DNA from: Bradymonadia bacterium
Lineage (GTDB): Bacteria > Myxococcota_A > Bradymonadia > UBA7976 > UBA1532
Assembly (NCBI GenBank): GCA_046290225.1
Contig: JBKAGE010000054.1
Location: forward strand, 1-64,000
Reading direction: 5' to 3'
Length of the DNA: 64,000 bases
Of the stretch, positions 26,963 through 36,800 are shown piece after piece. Under the pieces are notes generated by a model that saw only the letters and a program-made list of their open reading frames with translations, did not search any database and was not told the DNA's origin. Each line of letters begins with the position of its first letter. The stretch's first letter is position 1. The translations under genes and the position numbers were made by a program.

Positions 26963-27973
26963 ATGGCCAGCGTATCGTGTGCCGCTCACATCGAGTCGGT
27001 GAGCCATCTCGACCCCAGCCGGATACCCGCGGGCTCTTGGGCCCGTCTGTGGGTCACCTTGATGGAGGACGCCCTCTCTCGCCCCATGGCGGTGCCGGTG
27101 CTCGTGGCCCGGGGCCGCCGCCCGGGGCCCACTCTGGGCATCACCGCCGCGGTCCACGGCAACGAGGTGAACGGGATCCCCGTGATCCACAAGCTGTTCG
27201 AGCAGCTCGATCTCTCGACCCTCAAGGGCACCCTCGTGGGGGTGCCGGTGATGAACGTGCCCGGCTACCTGAACCAGCAGCGCCGCTTCACCGAAGGCGC
27301 AGATCTCAACAAGATCTTCCCCGGTCGCCCCGAGGGGCCCTCGGCGCAGGCCTACGCGCATCACTTCCTGGATCGGGTGGGGCACTGCTTCGACTATTTG
27401 ATCGACCTGCACACCGCGAGCTTCGGCCGGGCGAACAGCTTGTACGTGCGGGCGGACATGACTGACCCGCAGGTGGCTCAGATGGCCTACCTGATCCGGC
27501 CCCAAATCATCGTGCACAAACCCGCCGCCGACGGCACGCTCCGGGGCAGCCTCACCGAGCGCAAGGTGCCGGCCATCACCGTGGAGATCGGGGATCCGCT
27601 GAGGTTCCAGCCCAACTTCATCCGCACCAGCCTGATCGGGGTGAAGGCGGTGCTCGCCCACCTGAAGATGCTGCCCAAGCGCAAGCAGCCCGCCTTGGGC
27701 CCCCCACCGGTGCTCTGCGAGCGCTCGTACTGGATCAGGACCGACGCAGGGGGCTTGTTGGAGGTGCACCCCAAGCTGGCGCAGCCTCTAGACGCGGGCG
27801 AGCCCATCGCCCAAATGCGGGACATCTTCGGGGCCCTCACGGCGGCGTATCACGCCCCAGAGGCCGGCGTGGTGGTGGGCCGCTCGGTGAACCCCATCGC
27901 CCAGACAGGTGATCGGGTGTTGCACCTGGGCGTCGAGGCCCGCGCGGACGACGATCGCTTCGTGAGACGCTGA
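26963..27973 (+). CDS. Succinylglutamate desuccinylase/aspartoacylase (M14) family peptidase
   Basis: AAVHGNEVNG (HxxE), DLNKIFPG, IDLHT, ITVEIG, C-terminal biotinyl-like domain; AGGAG RBS, 9 nt after the ligase stop. Confidence 0.92.
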   Translation: MASVSCAAHIESVSHLDPSRIPAGSWARLWVTLMEDALSRPMAVPVLVARGRRPGPTLGITAAVHGNEVNGIPVIHKLFEQLDLSTLKGTLVGVPVMNVPGYLNQQRRFTEGADLNKIFPGRPEGPSAQAYAHHFLDRVGHCFDYLIDLHTASFGRANSLYVRADMTDPQVAQMAYLIRPQIIVHKPAADGTLRGSLTERKVPAITVEIGDPLRFQPNFIRTSLIGVKAVLAHLKMLPKRKQPALGPPPVLCERSYWIRTDAGGLLEVHPKLAQPLDAGEPIAQMRDIFGALTAAYHAPEAGVVVGRSVNPIAQTGDRVLHLGVEARADDDRFVRR

Positions 27974-28098
27974 TCTGCGATGCGACGCAGCGAAGTGTAC
28001 AGCTAGCTCCTATCTCTACCGATGTTGTGATACATGTCAGACGACGAGGGTGACGCAGCGTATATCTATCTGCGTCTATTGATGGGGAGGCCTCTCAT

Positions 28099-30162
28099 AT
28101 GTTCAGGCATCTGTTTTCTTATGTGTGTGTTGGGCTCATATCGAGCCAACTGACAGGGTGTATCCAAGATCAGCGCGCCCGAGATCTCGACGAGCCCGCG
28201 CCGCAGGGCAGCGTACCCGGCGACGAGGCCCCACCGGGCGCCTCTGATGCAGGCGCTCCAGGGCAAACAGATCCAGATCCGGGCGCGCCGAGGCCACCGG
28301 CGCCAGAGGCAGACGCGGGCCGCGGCGCCCCTGTGCCAGACTGCGGCCCCGACGCCTTCTATACAGGTGACACCTGCGCAGCGCTCACCGTGTGTGACGC
28401 CGCGGAGTTCGAGTCCGCAGCGCCCACCGCCACCTCAGACCGGCGGTGCACGCCGCTGACCGTGTGCGACGAGGGTGAGGTGGAGTCCACACCACCCACC
28501 GCCACCTCTGATCGGGTGTGCATCGAGGCCGGCTTCACCCGCGTCGTCGCTGGCCCCACCCACACCTGCGCCCTCGACAAGAGGCGTCGCGCCGTGTGCT
28601 GGGGTGAGAACGGGCACGGCGAGAGCAGCCCGCCGCGGTACCTGCCCCCCCTCGTCGATCTCGCCCTCGGCCCTGGCTTCACCTGTGGCCTCGACGCCGA
28701 CAACAAGGTGCTCTGTTGGGGCTCGAACTGGGCCAACCAGCTCGTCAAGCCAGAAGAGAGCCGGTGGGACATCACCCAGCTCACCGCCCACGGCGAGCAC
28801 GCCTGCGCCCTCGACCAGACAGGGCAGGCCACGTGCTGGGGAATCAACCCGTACTTTCACGTGCCCCCACCGATGAGCGCCCGAGGCGAGATCGCTCAGA
28901 TCTCCGCAGGGCGAGTACACATCTGCGCCCTCAGCGAGGCAGGCCGCGTCACGTGTTGGGGTGATGGTGCTTATGATGAAGGCTATCAGCGTGATGCGCT
29001 CCCCGATCTCGTGGCGATCTCCTCCGGCGGCGCCCACACCTGCGCCATCGACACTGAAGGTCAGCCTGTCTGTTGGGGCGACAACACGTGGGGTCAGAGC
29101 GCGCCCCCAGAGGATCTGCCCCCTCTCACGCAGATCATCGCCGGTGGAGAGCACACCTGCGCCCTCGACGTCGAGGGTCGCACCACCTGCTGGGGCGACA
29201 ACACATGGGGTCAGAGTGCGCCCCCAGAAGGCCTGCAGCTCACTCAGCTCACAGCGGGCGACGCGCACACCTGCGCCCTCGACCCAACCGAGGAGATCGT
29301 CTGTTGGGGTGCACCCGAGGCCGCCGAGGTGAGCCCCCTAGCACCTCTGCCGCGGTTCACCGGGATCGACGTAGGCAGCGCCTATGTGTGTGGGATCGAC
29401 GAGCAGGGCGACGTCACCTGCCTGGGCACCCGGACACGCAACTTCGTCTCTCCACCTGACGATCTGCCGCCGCTCACAGCGATCTCCACCGGCATCTATC
29501 ATAGCTGCGGCGTCGACCTCGGCGGTCAGGTCCTCTGCTGGGGTGACAGCGCATCTGATCGGTTGAACGTGCCCGCGGGGCTCGACGCAGTGGTACAGCT
29601 CGAGAGCAACGCAGGGACCACGTGCGCCCGCGACGCCGACGGCGCTGTCGAGTGTTGGGGGGTCGGCGGCCTGGGGGCCCCCGAGGGCTTGCCGCCACTC
29701 TCGGATATGTCCGTGGGGGACGCACACATCTGCGGTCTGGACACAGAGGGCCAAGTGCACTGCTGGGGGCAAGGGCCACAGGCAGAGGTGCCAGAAGAGG
29801 CCCAGGGCCCGGGGCACCTTCAAATCACCACGGGCTCGACGCACAGCTGCGTGGTCAAAGCCAGCGGGGAGGTCTACTGTTGGGGCGAGTCTGGCAGGTC
29901 TACACGGCATCTGCGCCCGCCCTCTCGCCTCTCCGATGTCGTCCAACTCGACAGCAAAGACTACAACAACTGCGTCCTCGACTCAGGGGGTGAGGTGGAG
30001 TGCTGGGGCAACAACCAGAACTGGAGAGTTGAGCACGACTTCGACACCTTCGGGGTGCTGGTGAGCATCCCGCCCATCACCCACATCTCCGTGGGCTCGG
30101 ACTTTGCGTGCGGGCTCGACGCCGAGGGGCAACTGTACTGCCGCGGCGCCATAAGACGCTGA
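28099..30162 (+). CDS. RCC1/BLIP-II repeat lipoprotein
   Basis: Lipobox LTGC; about 14 GxxHTCALDxxGxxxCWG repeats; two TATSDRxC Cys repeats. Confidence 0.88.
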   Translation: MFRHLFSYVCVGLISSQLTGCIQDQRARDLDEPAPQGSVPGDEAPPGASDAGAPGQTDPDPGAPRPPAPEADAGRGAPVPDCGPDAFYTGDTCAALTVCDAAEFESAAPTATSDRRCTPLTVCDEGEVESTPPTATSDRVCIEAGFTRVVAGPTHTCALDKRRRAVCWGENGHGESSPPRYLPPLVDLALGPGFTCGLDADNKVLCWGSNWANQLVKPEESRWDITQLTAHGEHACALDQTGQATCWGINPYFHVPPPMSARGEIAQISAGRVHICALSEAGRVTCWGDGAYDEGYQRDALPDLVAISSGGAHTCAIDTEGQPVCWGDNTWGQSAPPEDLPPLTQIIAGGEHTCALDVEGRTTCWGDNTWGQSAPPEGLQLTQLTAGDAHTCALDPTEEIVCWGAPEAAEVSPLAPLPRFTGIDVGSAYVCGIDEQGDVTCLGTRTRNFVSPPDDLPPLTAISTGIYHSCGVDLGGQVLCWGDSASDRLNVPAGLDAVVQLESNAGTTCARDADGAVECWGVGGLGAPEGLPPLSDMSVGDAHICGLDTEGQVHCWGQGPQAEVPEEAQGPGHLQITTGSTHSCVVKASGEVYCWGESGRSTRHLRPPSRLSDVVQLDSKDYNNCVLDSGGEVECWGNNQNWRVEHDFDTFGVLVSIPPITHISVGSDFACGLDAEGQLYCRGAIRR
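29074..29230 (+). repeat. Near-identical intragenic tandem repeat of an RCC1 unit
   Basis: TGGGGCGACAACACRTGGGGTCAGAGYGCGCCCCCAGA at about 29074 and 29191 (117-nt period). Confidence 0.75.
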
Positions 30163-30169
30163 GGAACAC

Positions 30170-31057
30170 TCAGAACGTGTAGCTCAGCGAGGCCCGCACC
30201 GGCAGGCCGGCGATGATGTTCCTGGCCCGTACTGGCACGTCGGTGCCCACCGAGATGCCGAAGCTGTCCACCACACGGCCATAGAGCTCGGCACCCACCG
30301 AGGTGTGGGTCACCCCCTGGCCCAGCCCGCTGAACCCGCGGCCGGCCTCTTCGTCGGAAGCGAAGGACTCCAGGCCGTGCAGGCGAGTGAGCAGCCAGAA
30401 GCGATCCCAGCCGGGGCGGGCGATCTGGCTGCCGAGCTCGAGGCGGTATCGGATGCCGTCGTCGATGCCCTCGCCGCGGATGGCGTAGCCGAGCTCGCCC
30501 ACGACATAGTGCCGCAGGGGCCATGGGCCGCCACCGAAACCGTAGCCGGCGATGATGCGGGGCTCGTAGTCCACCTCGCCGTCCCCCGTGGGCAGCAGGC
30601 GGGCGATGTCGTCGGCGACCGGGTCGTCACCTTCAGCGTCGGGGCGCTCGTCACCGGTGGGCAGGCCCACCACCAGACCCGCGGAGAGCTTGATGGGGCC
30701 ATCTTGCAACAGCCCGACCCACAACCCCGCCTGCAGATCACCTGTACCTTCGGTGGCCCCCTGACCCTCGAGCTCGTTGCGGCGGAACACCTCGCCGCTG
30801 AAAGTCAGTTGCAGGCGTTTGTCGATGAGTCCGGCCTCGGCATAGAGGTTCACCGAAGACTGTGTATACGTGCTGGCGATGTCCTGGACCGACTTGTCGG
30901 GGGCGTAGAATTGATCGCCGGTGAGGTTGGTGAAGCTGGTGTTTACGTAGATCTCACCTGCGGGTCGGATCCAGGCCTGGGCATGGGCAATGCTGCTCAG
31001 AGCCCCGAGGGTGAGGGTGCAGGCCACAGCGGTCGTCAACAGTTGGGCGAGACGCAT
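30170..31057 (-). CDS. Putative outer-membrane beta-barrel protein
   Basis: Signal peptide (AHA), amphipathic strands, C-terminal SLSYTF; ATG overlaps the upstream TAA. Confidence 0.7.
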   Translation of the reverse strand: MRLAQLLTTAVACTLTLGALSSIAHAQAWIRPAGEIYVNTSFTNLTGDQFYAPDKSVQDIASTYTQSSVNLYAEAGLIDKRLQLTFSGEVFRRNELEGQGATEGTGDLQAGLWVGLLQDGPIKLSAGLVVGLPTGDERPDAEGDDPVADDIARLLPTGDGEVDYEPRIIAGYGFGGGPWPLRHYVVGELGYAIRGEGIDDGIRYRLELGSQIARPGWDRFWLLTRLHGLESFASDEEAGRGFSGLGQGVTHTSVGAELYGRVVDSFGISVGTDVPVRARNIIAGLPVRASLSYTF

Positions 31058-31611
31058 TACTCCACCTCCTCCAGGATGGCCCGGGCCATCTCGATGCCGA
31101 ATGGTTTGCAGTAGACCCAGGCCACGCGGCGGCCTTCTGGATCAGTGGGGATCTCGTGAATCTGGGCGCCAGTGACCCGGTCGAGGCGGGTGATCTCGAT
31201 GTCGCCGGCGGCGGCGCTCAAGCTCGAACCGAGGGACTCGCGGCTGCTGATGACCAGCGTGGGGCCAGGCAAATCTGCGGTCCTGAAGTCGTCGCTCAGC
31301 TCGAACTCGTAGTTGCCGTCGGCGCGCTGAATCAACAGCACTTCACCGCCGGCGGCATAGTCGCTCCGGCCTTCCCAAGTACCCCGGGCGACGACGATGT
31401 CTTCTGCGGGGGTTTCGTCTTCGCCCCCCTCACCCTCTGAGCCCTCGCCGGGGCCTTCGGCCAGCGACTCTCCTGGTGGATCCGCCTGAGGCGCTGGGGG
31501 GCTCTCCGGTGTCACGGGGGCGCGCTCCTCGGCGCTCCTGAGGTCCTCGAATGATGCATCACACCCCGCGCTCAGGGCGCACACCGCCATCGCCATCATT
31601 GGCCAACGCAT
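31057..31611 (-). CDS. DM13 domain lipoprotein
   Basis: GAGGAG RBS; lipobox SAGC; GTWEG..Y.AGGEV, DDFRT..PGP, VYCKPFGIEMARA. Confidence 0.7.
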   Translation of the reverse strand: MRWPMMAMAVCALSAGCDASFEDLRSAEERAPVTPESPPAPQADPPGESLAEGPGEGSEGEGGEDETPAEDIVVARGTWEGRSDYAAGGEVLLIQRADGNYEFELSDDFRTADLPGPTLVISSRESLGSSLSAAAGDIEITRLDRVTGAQIHEIPTDPEGRRVAWVYCKPFGIEMARAILEEVE

Positions 31612-31762
31612 AAAGCAACTCCTCGAAATAACAGTGAATGCTGTGCTCGAGTGGGGATACGCCTCTTGCACGGGGCCGTTACGGGCTTTTCATCGCAATG
31701 ATTCGAACAGACTGTTTCCCCAGATGGGATAATCGAGGGGAACCAGACGCTCTTCGAGGGCT

Positions 31763-33670
31763 GTGATACCGTGCCTCGAACCCACCACCTCGAGAGCCTC
31801 CGTGTCGCTGAAACTTCGCCTCGAAGGCACCCACGCCGAGCCCGTGCCGTATCACGGCGCCCTGATCACCCTCGGCCGCGCCCAGGGCAACGATCTCGTC
31901 ATCGCCGATCCGCGCATTTCCAGTCGACATGGGCGGCTCGTACGACGGGGCGAAGGCTATGTGTACGAGGATCTCGGCTCTCGCAACGGCTCGGAGATCA
32001 GGCGAGCTGATGGCGCCCGTACCATCGCCGAGCCCAACCTGCCGTGCACCATCAGTGCAGGTGACCAGCTCTGCCTCGGAGATCGCGACGCGCCGGTGAT
32101 CGTCACCGTGATCGACGCCCCCGAATCAGCCCCGGCGCGCCCCGCAGATGGTGGCACCGTGGTGGCCCGACGGGCGCTGCTCAGCCCCGAATCCACCCTC
32201 GTAGATGCAGTGGACGTCGGCGCGCTCAAGGCCTTGTTCAGCCTGATTCACCAGGTGAGCGGCCTCGATGATCCCCACGCCGTCATCACCCGTATCTCAC
32301 AGGCGACGCTCGAGCGGTTTCCCCAAGCCAACGCCGTCACAGTGGAGCTTGCCGATGGCGAAAACTCGTTCACCGTGGCCTTCACCGAGAGCCGGGACGA
32401 CCGTCCGGCCATGCCCTGCAGCGCCACGCTGAGACAACGCACGCTCGAGAGCAGAGAGGCCATCACCTATCTACCCGGTGTCGACCCCACCTCGGGGAGT
32501 ATGCTGGGCCTCGCCGGTGCCGCGCTGGTGCCTCTCGTGACGGGCGACGCCATCGTGGGTGTGTTGCACGTGCAGAGCCGGCGACGGCCGTTCAGCGAGG
32601 CAGATCTGAGCTGGTTGAGCGTGGTGGGCACTCATCTCTCGGCGAGCATCACCGCCGCTCAGCGAGCTCGGGCCCTCAAAGACGAAAACCAGGCCCTCAA
32701 GGCCGACTCGGCGCGCCCGATCATCGGTGAGAGCCCGGCCCTGCAGCAGGCCCTGCACCAGCTCACTCGGGTGGGCCGCACCGACACCACGGTCCTCGTC
32801 ACCGGGGAGACAGGCACTGGGAAAGAGCTCGCAGCCCGCCACGTGCACCACCACAGCAAGCGCGCCAGCAAGCCATTCTGCGCCATCAACTGCGGGGCCC
32901 TGCCGGAGAATTTGCTGGAGAGCGAGCTGTTCGGTCATGTGAAGGGCGCCTTTACCGGCGCCGATCGCGACCGCAAGGGGCTCTTCGAGTCGGCGAGCGG
33001 CGGCACCGTGTTCCTCGACGAGATCGGCGAGATCTCCACAGCGGTACAGGTGCGATTACTACGGGTGTTGCAAGAGAAAGAGGTACAGCCCGTGGGCAGC
33101 CGGTCGCCCCGGGCCATCGACGTGCGCATCGTCGCCGCCACCAACCGTGACCTGCAGGCAGAGGTCGGCGCCGGGCGGTTCCGGGAAGACCTCTACTATC
33201 GACTGGCCATCTTCCCCGTGAAGCTGCCGCCCCTGCGCGATCGCGCCGGTGACGTGGAGCGCCTCGCCGAGCGTTTCCGCGAGCTCGCCTGTGCTCGACA
33301 CGACACGTGGCTCGCCGGGTTCAGCCCCGAGGCCATGGCAGCCCTCACCGCCTACACATGGCCCGGCAACGTGCGCCAGCTCGAGCACGAGATCGAGCGC
33401 GCGGTCATCCTCGCCGGTGGCGGCCGCTTCATCGGTCTCGGCGATCTCAGCCCGCAGATCTCCGGCCAGCAGCCCATGGCAGCCCCCGCCTCCGAAGCGG
33501 GCTCCGGCACGCTGCACGGCCTCATGGATGCCTACGAAGAACGCCTGATCCGGGCCCGCCTCGATCAGCATGGCGGCAACCGCACCCGCACCGCCCAGGA
33601 TCTGGGCATCAGCCGACAGGCCTTGCAGGCGAAGCTGGCCCGCTGGCGCAAGCGGGACACCGCAGAGTAA
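31763..33670 (+). CDS. FHA-GAF-sigma-54 AAA+-HTH enhancer-binding protein
   Basis: FHA (LGRAQGNDL..ISSRHG..LGSRNGS), GAF, GETGTGKE, GAFTGA, HTH (GGNRTRTAQDLGISR); true start may be GTG at 31802. Confidence 0.93.
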   Translation: MIPCLEPTTSRASVSLKLRLEGTHAEPVPYHGALITLGRAQGNDLVIADPRISSRHGRLVRRGEGYVYEDLGSRNGSEIRRADGARTIAEPNLPCTISAGDQLCLGDRDAPVIVTVIDAPESAPARPADGGTVVARRALLSPESTLVDAVDVGALKALFSLIHQVSGLDDPHAVITRISQATLERFPQANAVTVELADGENSFTVAFTESRDDRPAMPCSATLRQRTLESREAITYLPGVDPTSGSMLGLAGAALVPLVTGDAIVGVLHVQSRRRPFSEADLSWLSVVGTHLSASITAAQRARALKDENQALKADSARPIIGESPALQQALHQLTRVGRTDTTVLVTGETGTGKELAARHVHHHSKRASKPFCAINCGALPENLLESELFGHVKGAFTGADRDRKGLFESASGGTVFLDEIGEISTAVQVRLLRVLQEKEVQPVGSRSPRAIDVRIVAATNRDLQAEVGAGRFREDLYYRLAIFPVKLPPLRDRAGDVERLAERFRELACARHDTWLAGFSPEAMAALTAYTWPGNVRQLEHEIERAVILAGGGRFIGLGDLSPQISGQQPMAAPASEAGSGTLHGLMDAYEERLIRARLDQHGGNRTRTAQDLGISRQALQAKLARWRKRDTAE

Positions 33671-33839
33671 AGGCGCACACCTGCCCGACCATCTGAAGGC
33701 CTCTACGCCTGTGGAGCTGATGCAACCTGTTCCAGCAGGCGGTCTCCCCTGACCCACCTCATTCACCCACCTCATAGAGCCCCCTCCACATCAACCCGTT
33801 GTCATACAAGATGTGTATGCGATGAGGGATTGATGGCCC

Positions 33840-36800
33840 ATGTACCGACTCACAGCAAAACAGATGCTCTGTGCGACAGCCCTGCTCGTGGGCTGCGAGG
33901 CTACGGATTTGGGCTCACGGGAGGTGGGCCCCACAGACCCTGTGGAGGATGTGGGCATCTCCGAAGTAGGCCTGGGGGACGAAGGGACAGTGCAGCGCGC
34001 TGATCTCGACGGTGGCGTCGGCATCGAGATTGATGCAGGGCCGCCGCCTCCATGGGTGCTGACCGGGCACCTCGACGACGCAGCCCCTGGCACCGAGCTC
34101 GTGGCCTTCAGCGCTGATCAGCTGCCCTTCCGCGCGCCCTTCGATGCCGAGGGTCTCGTGGCCATCGAAGTGCCTGGCGGGCACGCGTACAGCTTCTATG
34201 TCTTCAATGGCGATGCCTTTGTCTCCGCGCTGATGTTCTCGGTCTCAGTCGACACCGCCGCCATCGGTCCGGTCTTGGTGCTGCCCCTCGACGCTCGAGC
34301 GGGCCTCGGCTCATCTTCGCGTGATCCAGCGGCGCCGAGAGCAGGCCTCGGCTCATCGAGCAAGCACCATGAAGGTCTGGCCACCTCTGTCGATGCTCTC
34401 TCGGGTGTACAGCTCGACTTTGGGGGCTTCACCCTCGAGGGCGCCCTCGCTCAGGTCGAGCACAACCCCAACGCTCAAATCGACTCTGATCTCGACGGCG
34501 TGATCAACATCGATGATTCGGATGCGGACAACAACGGTGTAGACGATGTGCTGGAGATGGGTGGAGATCCGCTGCGCCCAGGCATGGATCTGCCTTTCTT
34601 CACCTATTGCGTCCGGCCCATGCCCCTCGCCGACGGCGTATATCGACATGAGACGCCAGACCTCTGGATGACCCAGCGCATCTCTCCGGCCTCTCTCCTC
34701 GATGGACACATATTCCTGGCCCACCCCGACGGTCGGCAGGTCGGAGCGGATGCGTTGCTGCTCGACGATGGGCATCGGATACGCCTGTTGCCCAGGGCAC
34801 CTCTCGATTTCGACGGCCAGTATGTACTCGTCGTGGACGAACGACTCGAAGATGCTGACGGGCGTGCCATCGGACGACGGCTCGAAGTGCCCTTCCAGGT
34901 CGAGCCCGAGGTGCCAGTGGGTGAGGCAGGTGCCACCGCCGTGCGGGTGCGCCGAGCCCACCCCCGACACGACGAGATCGGTGTGTCCGTACACAGTGAG
35001 GTACAGGTGCAATTCAATCGCCCTGTATCCGCCCCGAGTCTGCAAGATCGATTCGAGCTGCTCGACCCTGAGGGCGTGGCTGTTGAAGGTCAGGTGAGCA
35101 TGCATCGTGCAGGATTCGAGCTTCGGTTCACCCCCAACGCCCCCTTGTCTCCCACGACTCGATACACAGTGGAGCTCGCCTCCGGCATCACCTCCATCGG
35201 AGGCCTGGTGCTGGACACCCCAGTTCAGCTGGCCTTCACGACGGGCACCGGCGAAGCCCCTGAGCGTCTGGAGCTGCCGGTGGACGCGGACGGCGACGGC
35301 GAGCCCGATGCCCCACCATGCGAGCCTGTCGCCGAGGTCTGTGATGGCCTCGACGACGACTGCGATGGTCGCATTGACGAAGGTTTCGACGTCGGTAGTG
35401 CCTGTGAAGTGGGCCGAGGCGAATGCATCGCCTACGGCGCACGCATCTGCACGCCTGAGGGTGACGCTGCCTGCTCGGTACAGCCCCTGCCCACCTCAGA
35501 AGAGGTGTGTAATGGCCTGGACGACGACTGTGACGGCAACGTCGATGAGACCCTCTCTGAGGAGGGCCAACCCTGTGCATCTGATGCAGCAGGGGCATGC
35601 AACCCAGGCCTCTGGGTATGTGAGGGCGCTCAAGGGCTCCTCTGTGCACCCATCATCACTCCAGGGACTCAAGCAGAGTCATGTGACGACAGCGATGAAG
35701 ACTGCGATGGCGCCGTTGACGAAGACTTCGATGTTGGTGGTGATTGCAGTGCAGGCGAAGGCGCCTGTCGCGCAGAGGGTCGTATCACCTGCCATCCCGA
35801 GGGACACGCAGTGTGTACCGCGATCCCCGGCCAGCCCGTGGTGGAGACGTGCAACGGCATCGACGATGACTGTGACGGCACCATCGACGAGACGCTGACC
35901 CGCACCTGCGGCTCCGACACTGGTCCCTGCGAGCAGGGTGTTCAGACCTGTGACGCAGGCGAATGGGGTGCATGTGTCGGCGAGGTGGCCCCCGCCGTGG
36001 AAACGTGCGACAGCATCGACAATGACTGTGATGGTCTCGTAGACGAGGGCAGCGCCTGCAGCGAATACATGGCCAGCAAGTGTCGTGTGTGGATGGGACA
36101 CAGCGCCAACAGCAATGATGTGGGCAATGCAGTGCCCGACATGGGCGACTGTCAGGGTGCGGACTTCGATGCCAGTGGCAACACGCGCTGCACCAGCACC
36201 CGTGGTGATCGGCTGTTCCGTACCATGAGCCTCACGGGGCCCTTGGGGGGTGGGAGCAGAGGCGACTCAGTCTCCGTCGCCTGGACCTGTGAAGACGCAG
36301 AGCTGCCCGAGACCGCCGCCTGGTTGCAAGACCACTGCGCGGTCTACCTCGGCCACGCCGACTTGTGGCTGGGACACTGGAACGAGGGCCTGGGCGACTG
36401 GGAGACCTGCTTCGATCAGCCCACCGACAACAGCGGCTCGATTCGGTGCACATCCTCGGGCTTTGACGGCCAGTTCCGCCCGTTCAGCCTGCCAGGCGCC
36501 GTCGACGACAACGATCGCTTTGGCATCGCCTTCCGCTGCGTTGACGGAGATGATCCCGAGCGCGCCGCTGCCGCCACCAGCGCTGTAAAGGTGTTCCTGG
36601 CCTTTGATCACGAGGGCCATGCGAACCTGAACGATGGTCAGAACAGTTGGGGTGACTGCCCCGCGGTAGATGTGGACGAAGAGGGCACTACCGTCTGTGC
36701 CTCCTCTGGCGCCGATGGGCTGTTTCACAGCTTCCCCACTGTGCAACGCGACATCGACGCCCACGACGAGTTCGGCATCGCCCTGCTGCCCTTTGATGCC

